Of a DNA stretch of 64,000 nucleotides, positions 56,041 to 64,000 are shown piece by piece. Source of the stretch: Eledone cirrhosa (taxonomy: Eukaryota); NCBI GenBank assembly GCA_964016885.1, contig OZ024743.1:23064001-23128000 (forward strand), in the 5' to 3' direction. The notes under the pieces were generated by a model. That model worked only from the letters and a program-made list of their open reading frames with translations. It had not been told where the DNA came from and ran no database searches. Position numbers and translations under genes: made by a program. Numbering within the stretch: position 1 is the stretch's first letter; each line of letters starts with the position of its first letter.

Positions 56041-56712
56041 TTAGCTGTATACTTTATGGAATGTTCTGTGGAATTTATGCAAGCAGAGAGAAAACAAGTC
56101 AGTGCGTCTATTTATTATAGAATCTAGATTAGATATAATGGTAAATTTTTCATTTAGATAGAGATTGCAAGTCTTGGATAGAGAACTGTTCAAGTATGGA
56201 GAAGCAGAAGAAACCTTTTTCCAAGAGATGTTATATTTAATATTTTTGTCTTTCAAGGACCATATGAGTTCTGAGAGAGCCGTGTTGGTTCTTTTAAGTT
56301 GGTATTTAAAAGACGAATGATGATTATAAAGACGAGCTTTAAAGGAGGTGGAAGTGGAGCCAAAATAGGTGAAGGAATTGGTGTCAGTTATAACTTTACA
56401 TTCGTAGATTAAGTTTTTATCAAGACAATGGTTGTTGAGAGGACATTTATTTTTAGCAGGGCAATTGCAATTGCGATTAGAGAGATTATTAACGAGTGAC
56501 CTAGTGTTATCTATAGAAGGAATTGGATTGGAGAAGTTATTTGCGATAGGAATAATAGTTTCTTGATTTAGAATGGGATTAAGAACATTTAGTGAAGTTG
56601 TGTTTGACGTTGTATTTGGGTTTGCAGAAATTAGCCTAGAGTTTACAATGACGTCGGGAGTACTATTACTATTATTATGATATTCAGTGTTGGAAGGAAG
56701 AGATTTAGTCAA
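56041..56712 (-). pseudogene. PLE GIY-YIG endonuclease domain fragment
   Basis: CNCPAKNKCPLNNHC, LIY...YFGST, FKARLYNH, TALSELIWSLK, CNL..EK, CLH; aligns to the C-terminus of 13209-14735. Confidence 0.88.
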
Positions 56713-56865
56713 TCGGTTGCTATAAATAATAAGCCAGGAAAACCGGTAAAATACTCGTTTTGCCGTCCATGGGAGTATTTTACCCGATTTTTCTAGGTTA
56801 CAGATATCGACTGTGGTTACAGTTATTTTCTGTTCTTGGAATTCCTACAATTTCTAAAGAATATA

Positions 56866-56942
<77 letters not shown>

Positions 56943-56946
<4 letters not shown>

Positions 56947-57128
56947 AACATAGAAGGTGTGGTAAGATATCAGGTGGACCATAACGCACCAGAGTACTCG
57001 ATACTTGGTGTAGTAGAGAGGGTAATATGGAAAAATTTCAAGACCCCGATGTCGGAGCTCCGACCGTTTCGACAGCTTAGCTGTCGAAACGGTCGTGGCT
57101 CAACCGTCGAGGTCGTGAATCTTTTCAT
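56943..57128 (-). mobile_element. Diverged miniature fold-back of the 12001-15339 PLE terminus
   Basis: Tail homology plus palindrome ccgtttcgacagct-t-agctgtcgaaacgg. Confidence 0.78.
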
Positions 57129-57138
57129 GTATATATAT

Positions 57139-57261
<123 letters not shown>

Positions 57262-57329
57262 CGTGTTAGTAGAAATGTATGTGTGTGTGTGTGTGTGTAC
57301 GCGTGTGTCGAATTTTCATTTCGCGTAAT

Positions 57330-58130
57330 ACTGCTACCAAGGATCCTGAGTTCCTGAATACCATGATAGCTGGAGATGAGACATAGATGTACGTGTATGC
57401 AGACCTGCCAACCTCTAAAAGCCCAAAAGGTAGTGCCCCAAAACGCGGATAAATTAGGCAAAATTGGGGAGAAATTAGGCAAAAATGGGGAGAAATTAGG
57501 CAAAAATGGGGAGATTTTACATAATGAAAGGTAGATGGGGAGATCACCCATCTACCTTCTCTTGTGAAAATGAGTATAACTTTCAAATGGGTATAACCTT
57601 CAAGAGAAGGTAGATGGGTGATCTCCCCGTCGGACGGGGAGAGTTGACAGTTTGGTGTACGATTCGGAAATCAAAGTTCGGCCGAAAGTAGGTGAGTAGC
57701 GGAGCAAAATCAAAGTGATGCTAACTGTTTTCTTCGACTATTGAAGCGCTGGGCATCACGAATTCGCAGCGGAAATAAAAACATTTACAAAGGATTACTA
57801 TCAGGTAGTCCTCCGACCGCTTCAAAAGACCGAATTGTAGGCACCACAAAACTGTCAACTGCATCATGACAACGCTCCGGCTCATTTGTTGCAGCTGATG
57901 CAAGGTTTCGTGGCAAAGAAAAGCATTTCGCTAAGCCCCATACACTCCAGACAAAATCCCTTCTGACTTTTTTGAGAGTCGAGCGGATGTGCGAATTGTG
58001 GATGTGCTTCGAAAATTGGAAGGATCGCTTGGCAAAATCTATGGAGGCACAAGGGACCGACTTTAAAGGGAGTCACCAACTGATATTTTGTTTACCAGTT
58101 AAAGTGCAAATACCTTTTCGACAGATCTCA
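57330..58130 (+). pseudogene. Mariner (Tc1/mariner) transposase relic, interrupted by a MITE at 57400-57654
   Basis: FLNTMIAGDET*MYVYD, KIKVMLTVFFD, LHHDNAPAH; MITE flanks gtgtatg/gtgtacg. Confidence 0.82.
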
Positions 58131-58570
58131 TATATTAATACATAATTTCACTAACCTGTTTGAGAAGCATTAACTCTGACATGAGCAGTTAAGAAAATTA
58201 GGTCAGAATGATATGCACGTGCATATCTGCACGTAAACACCATGATCACGGATACATACTATATACTAGAACACACAGATACATACTATATACTAGAATA
58301 CACAGACACACGTACTCATAGGTATATATGTGTAAAGAAATATGAGAGAGCGAAAGCGAGCGAGAGAGAGAGAGAGTAAAATAATGAAGTAGGAAATATG
58401 AGAGAGAATGAATGACTGTGAAGGGGTTAGCAGAGCAGTTGTGGTTTAGCCGCGAGAAAGAGATTTAAAACCATAGATATTTCAAACACCATCATCCCGT
58501 TCTTTTTTATAGACAGAGAACTCAAGACTACATTATCCATGTGGCCTTTATAAGAATATATATATATCTA

Positions 58571-59600
58571 CTAGCAGTAAAGCCCGGCGTTGCTCGGGGC
58601 TGCTCAGTAGCTGTGTTAAAATTCCAATGTTAAGTTCCTTTCTTGGCTTAAAAACTGTAGAGTCTACAGTGTAGACTTTCATGTGGTACTTTTGATTAAT
58701 ATTCCCTCAACCAACAGTATGCCTTATGAAGTTAAGAAAACATAACCATAACTCGAATGTTAAAACAAAAGAGGATGCTGGTATAAAAACTGCACTGGTA
58801 ATCTATTAACAAAAATCGAAAATGTAAACACTGCAACACTTGTCTCAGAGAAACAGCGTAACCAAACTATCAGTTATTTTGAAACAAAGAAACTGGATGG
58901 ACATGAAAAAAAAAAAAAAAATGCAATTTTATCGCCTATCACCTCTCTGCACGACTGTCTGTCTGCACAACTTTATCGCCTATATCACCTCTCTGCACGA
59001 CTGTCTGTCTGCACAACTTTATCGCCTATATCACCTCTCTGCACGACTGTCTGTCTGCACAACGTTATCGCCTATCAGCCCGACTGTCTGTCTGCACAAT
59101 TTTATCGCCTATATCACCTCTCTGCCCGACTGTCTGTCTGCATGCCTCCATTGTCTATCAGCCCGACTGTCTGTCTGCACAATTTTATCGCCTATATCAC
59201 CTCTCTGTACGACTGTCTGTCTGCATGCCTCCATTGTCTATCAGCCCGACTGTCTGTCTGCACAATTTTATCGCCTATATCACCTCTCTGTACGACTGTC
59301 TGTCTGCATGCCTCCATTGTCTATCAGCCCTACTGTCTGTCTGCACAATTTTATCGCCTATATCACCTCTCTGTACGACTGTCTGTCTGCATGCCTCCAT
59401 TGTCTATCAGCCCGACTGTCTGTCTGCACAACTTTATCGCCTATATCACCTCTCTGCACGACTGTCTGTCTGCACAACTTTATCGCCTATATCACCTCTC
59501 TGCACGACTGTCTGTCTGCACAACTTTATCGCCTATAGCAGTAAAGCCCGGCCTTGCTCGGGGCTGCTGTGTTAAAGTTACAATGTTAAGTTTCTTTCAC
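58571..59600 (-). mobile_element. Helitron 3' region with two terminator hairpins and an internal minisatellite (58925-59535)
   Basis: ctagcagtaaagcccggcgttgctcggggc at 58571 and a near copy at ~59535. Confidence 0.72.
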
Positions 59601-59990
59601 ATTCATCTGTAGAACAAACGTAGCCCATGTGTCAAGTTTTGTGAAAATCGGTTGCGAACTCCAGAAGTTATGACGTTTTGTTGCATTGCACTGCAGTGCT
59701 TCAGTCGACTCCAAGGAAGTGGTTGAAGGGGGTTATCTGCCAGGAGGCCCTATAATCAATATCTGGGAAAATGAAAGTGCCCATGACCATCCGGAGTACA
59801 TAAGTAACCTATGTCTTAAGTTTGGTGAAAATACTCTAGAAATGTATAAGGTTTACACACACAGACGCGTGCGCGCGCGCGCGTGTGTGTATGTATTTGT
59901 GTGTGCGTATGTATATGTATGTGTATGTCCGTCGGCGCATACGTATGTACTGGCCTAAATCTTCACTATTTACTTTTACTATTTTAAGGC

Positions 59991-60105
59991 AAAGTTAAAA
60001 TCCCGTCGAGGTTAACTTTGCCTTTCATCCTTACGGGGTTGATCAAATAAAGTACCAGTAATGTACTGGGTAATTGCTGGCCTTGTGCCAAAAGTAGAAA
60101 CAACC
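59991..60105 (+). mobile_element. 5'-truncated tRNA-derived SINE
   Basis: Family match. Confidence 0.85.
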
Positions 60106-60583
60106 ATTTTAATAACCTGTGTCATTTTCGTTTATAATTTTATTTACATCATTCTTAAACTCCGGGGCTGGAAATCATTCTGTTATTTTAAATAGAATAT
60201 TAGTCTAACGACTCCATTTATACCATAAACTTGGTCTCGTCTTTGCATGAAATTGTTCTTCCCGCACCACATAACGACGTATTATCCTCGCTTTTTTTCC
60301 GTTCATTGCCAGGGAACGTCTTCACGAACCAAAATATCGTCTTCCTGGTTTCCTTCGGTTGCAATGTTTCTCGAAATATTTAATTCTGCGTTCACAGATT
60401 GAATTTATTAGTTTCAGAAGATCCCGTTAATGTTGAAAGCAACGATTCTTTGCTTAAACTTTCTTTCTTTCTCAAACCCCTCTCCCTTTTTTCTCATACC
60501 CTCTCTCTCTCACTCATACCCCCCCCCCTCTCTCTCTCTCTCTTCTTCTACAGAATGGAGAACAATAAAGAACGCGCAGATCA

Positions 60584-60629
<46 letters not shown>

Positions 60630-60709
60630 GTCTCTATCTGATTATCTTGTACCTCTCTCTGTATAACAACCTATCTCACTCTCTCTCTCTCCATCTCCCT
60701 TTCTCTATT

Positions 60710-60786
<77 letters not shown>

Positions 60787-61559
60787 TATATATAGAGAGA
60801 GTTGCAACATGTATGTAGTTTCATAAATTGTTGATGGTAGTAGTGAGAGGAATGAAGCGTGTAAGAGAGAGGGTTACAGCTTGTATTCAGATTTATTGAT
60901 TTTTTTTCATAGAAGCAGGAAATGTTTGGCAAAAATTATTACGCGTTAACCTGACTTGGTAAATTTGTAGCACATTGGGGAAAAAATCATCAACGTCGGT
61001 AGAGAAATGTGGAAATGCATAAAAATCATACACACACACAGACAGACATCTACCGTTTTATATATATAGAGATATATATAAATCTGAGGATGTGTGTGTT
61101 AAGGTTTGTAACGTATGCACGTCCACAATTTCCAACGGATTCTATTCAAAGTCGGGACAATTATTGTTTTTGGTCAGAAAAAGGTCATGAGGCAAAAAAA
61201 GTTCAAATCCATCAACAATAAGGGCAAAATTCGATCATGATCATTCCCCCTCTCTATAATTTAACTGCTTTGCTCTCTCTGTCGCTCTTCACTCCCTATA
61301 TGACAACACTGTAGAGAGAGAAGCAGTGTGTATGATCAAATGGAGCGTTCCGTATATTCCCTCTCTCTATAATTTAACTGCTTTACTCTCTCTGTCGCTC
61401 TTCACTCCCTATATGACAACACTGCAGTGGAGCGTTCCGTATTGAGCGTTCCATATTGAGCGTTCCGTATTGACATACGGCTTATCTGGGGCATTTTCAA
61501 TCGGCTTATTGCAAATAACAACCCGCAAAATAACACTTCATATAACAGATTGATGCTAT

Positions 61560-64000
61560 AGACATATGAATCGGAATGTAACCCGTGAACTTTTTCCTGG
61601 GCAAAATTATTCGAACAGACATGACCTCATTGCCAGAGTGTTCATACTGAAACTGGCTAAACTCATGGCTTTAATCAGAAAGTGTCAGGTATTTGGGGCT
61701 GTAAAATGTGACATGTTCACCGTCGAATGACAAAAACGAGGGCTGCCACATGCTCACATTTTGATTTGGTTCGCTGATAAAATCAATTCAAATGCCATAG
61801 ACAGTTTCATTTCGGCTGAAATCCCTAACCCAGCAACTGACCAGGAATTACATGACATCGTCAAAGCTAACATGGTCAATGTGCGTCGGGTCCTAATGAA
61901 CATCACACATGTCTGAAAGGAGGGCCGTGCAGTAAGGGATACCCAAAACATTTGTTGACCAGACTCAGACTGGTGGTGACGGGTACCCCCTGTACAGGCG
62001 GAGACGGCACGAGAACGGTGACTTCACCACAACAGTAAAGGGAGGTCAAGTAGACAATAGATGGGTGGTCCCTTACTGCCCACTTCTCTTGAAGATGTTC
62101 AACGCCCACATCAACGTTGAGTTTTGCAACTCCGTCAAGTCGATAAAATACATATGCAAATATGCTCTGATGCCGCAATGTTCGCATTTCAAGCTGAAAA
62201 TAGCAGGGACGAGGTCACAGAATACCTGGCGGAGCGGTACATCAGTAGCAATGAAGATTTTGGCGCCTATTTGGTTTAGCCCTACACCAACGGCACCCCA
62301 CCATCGTACAGCTTGGAAAATGGGCAAAGGGTTTACTTTACGGACCAAACCGCCGCCAAGTTGGCCGCCGATCCGAAAGAGACCACTCTGACGGGTTTCT
62401 TCAAACACTGCCAATTGTGTACCCCCAGGTTCCATCCTACTTTATATGGTCTAAAAACACTTGGGTGCGAAGAAAGTCAGGTCAGGCTGTTGAAAATTTT
62501 ATCTTGGAAGAGTTTACACTCTGCCCCCAAGTCAGCATCAGTGATTTCATCTCTACCTTCCTCTGCATGAAGTTGTAGGCCCACAAAGTTTTCAGGACAT
62601 CAAAACTGTTGATGGAGAAATATGTGATACGTACCGGGAAGCCTGCTTTAAGCGTGGTCTTTTGGAAGATGATTCGCAATAGATTCCACTTTAGCAGAGG
62701 GTGCTTTGTTGAAATCACCTAAAGGTCTACGGGAACTCTTTGCCATTTTGCTTCAAAAGTGTGAATTGGGTGATCCCAAATCTTTATGGGTCAAGTACAG
62801 AGACTTCGTCTGAGGACTTCCTGCGCCTGGCTCATCTACAGTATACTTCAGTGGAAGTTGGTTACAGCGACATTATCTACAACAGGGCACTCATTGATAT
62901 CGAGGACGCCCTCCTCGACATGGGTGGGAGTGAGTTGGCGACGTATGGCTTGCCGTCAACCGTTAGAGAGGAAGCTAACACGTTGGCTCCGGATTTGTTG
63001 CGGGAAACAGCATATGACATCGAATCTATTTCCCAATACTTACAGGAAAATGAGCCCAAACTTCTGTCGGACCAAAGGTTGGCCTATTTAACTATCATTG
63101 ACGCGGTTCAAAATCACACTGGGGGTACCGGAAATACTTTTGTAACGAAATTGATTCTCGCTAAGATTCGTCAGGAGAAAAAAATTGCGTTGGCCGTTGC
63201 ATCGTCCGGGATCGCTGCTACTTTGCTGCCGGGAGGCAGGACAGCATATTCAACCTTTAAACTCCACTTGGATTTAGTAAAAACTGAGACACCAACATGC
63301 AATATCAGCAAGAGTTCACACGAAGTTCTGGTTCTCAAAAAATGTTGCCTCATTGTTTGGGATGAGTGCACAATGGCACACAAGGGTGCCCTTGAGGCAT
63401 TTGACAGGACCCTGAAAGACATTAGGGATTCTACGGCTCCTATAGGTGGCGTAACCCTTCTGCTATCAGGGGATTTTCGGCAAACGCTGCCTTTCATCCC
63501 CAAAGGAACAAAATCTGATGAAGTGCGTACCTGCCTTAAGTCGTCCATGTTGTGACTCCAGGTAAAGAGTTTGTACCTGAGCACAAATATGCGTGCTCAT
63601 TTGCATGGTGACAAAATGTCTGCAGCATTTGCTCAGAACATTTTAGCACTTGGTGAAGGCAAGGTCCTTGCGGATGACAAGGGCGGCATAAAAATCGACT
63701 CCCTGTGCAACATTGTGAGCAGCCCTTCTGACCTTTGGGAAGCAGTTTTTCTAATGTCTCATCTAACTTTAAAAACCTCGATTGGCTCAGCGAAAGGGCC
63801 ATCCTTGCTCCAAAAAATACCATGGTCAATGTTATTAACGAGCAGCTGATTTAGAAAATTCCCGGTAAAGAACACATCTTCAAATCTATCGACCGGACGT
63901 CAGACCCCGACGATATCGTTAATTATCCGGTTGAGTTATTAAATTCCCTTGAGCCCCTAGGGCTCCCACCTCACATTCTTAAGCTTAGGGTTGGCTGTCC
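61560..64000 (+). pseudogene. Helitron Rep/PIF1 helicase (RepHel), frameshifted, continues past the window end
   Basis: RHDLIARVF; HUH motif VE*QKRGLPHAHILIWF; DNRWVVPY...HINVEFCNSVKSIKYICKY; GGTGNTF, ASSGIAATLLPGGRTA, IVWDECTM, GDFRQTLP; possible 5' end near 61071. Confidence 0.93.

Larger units (their letters stand above)
55012..56712 (-). mobile_element. Second PLE fragment: GIY-YIG region, long 3' UTR, hammerhead, ending in (TA)n
   Basis: ORF 56041-56712; 59-bp tandem at 55478-55640; HHR at 55043-55113. Confidence 0.85.

Noticed and set aside
58840-59612. Cys/His-rich repetitive ORFs resembling zinc fingers
   Set aside because: Minisatellite inside a Helitron; spacing does not match C2H2.

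Overview
Repeat-saturated, AT-rich eukaryotic DNA with no recognisable host gene. The microsatellite load and SINE type suggest an octopus-like cephalopod (inference only). Most listed ORFs are microsatellite artefacts. Real coding relics all come from transposable elements: a Penelope-like element (PLE) with an uninterrupted 508-aa RT+GIY-YIG frame, a second PLE endonuclease fragment, four RLE-type LINE fragments, two CR1-like 3' ends, a mariner relic and Helitron Rep/PIF1 sequences. About 25 copies of one tRNA-derived SINE are present, plus MITEs and satellites. The main hidden signal is RNA structure. About a dozen type-I hammerhead ribozyme (HHR) motifs from roughly seven sequence families can be folded by eye. 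They include a tandem 429-bp retrozyme-like array, a U3-A8 compensated core, a CAGAAGA core fixed across four copies, and expanded stem II variants. Almost all sit in (TA)n tracts, and several show a stereotyped fold-back insertion whose short arm stops about 20-40 nt after the predicted cleavage site. Coordinates were counted by hand; element ends are approximate.
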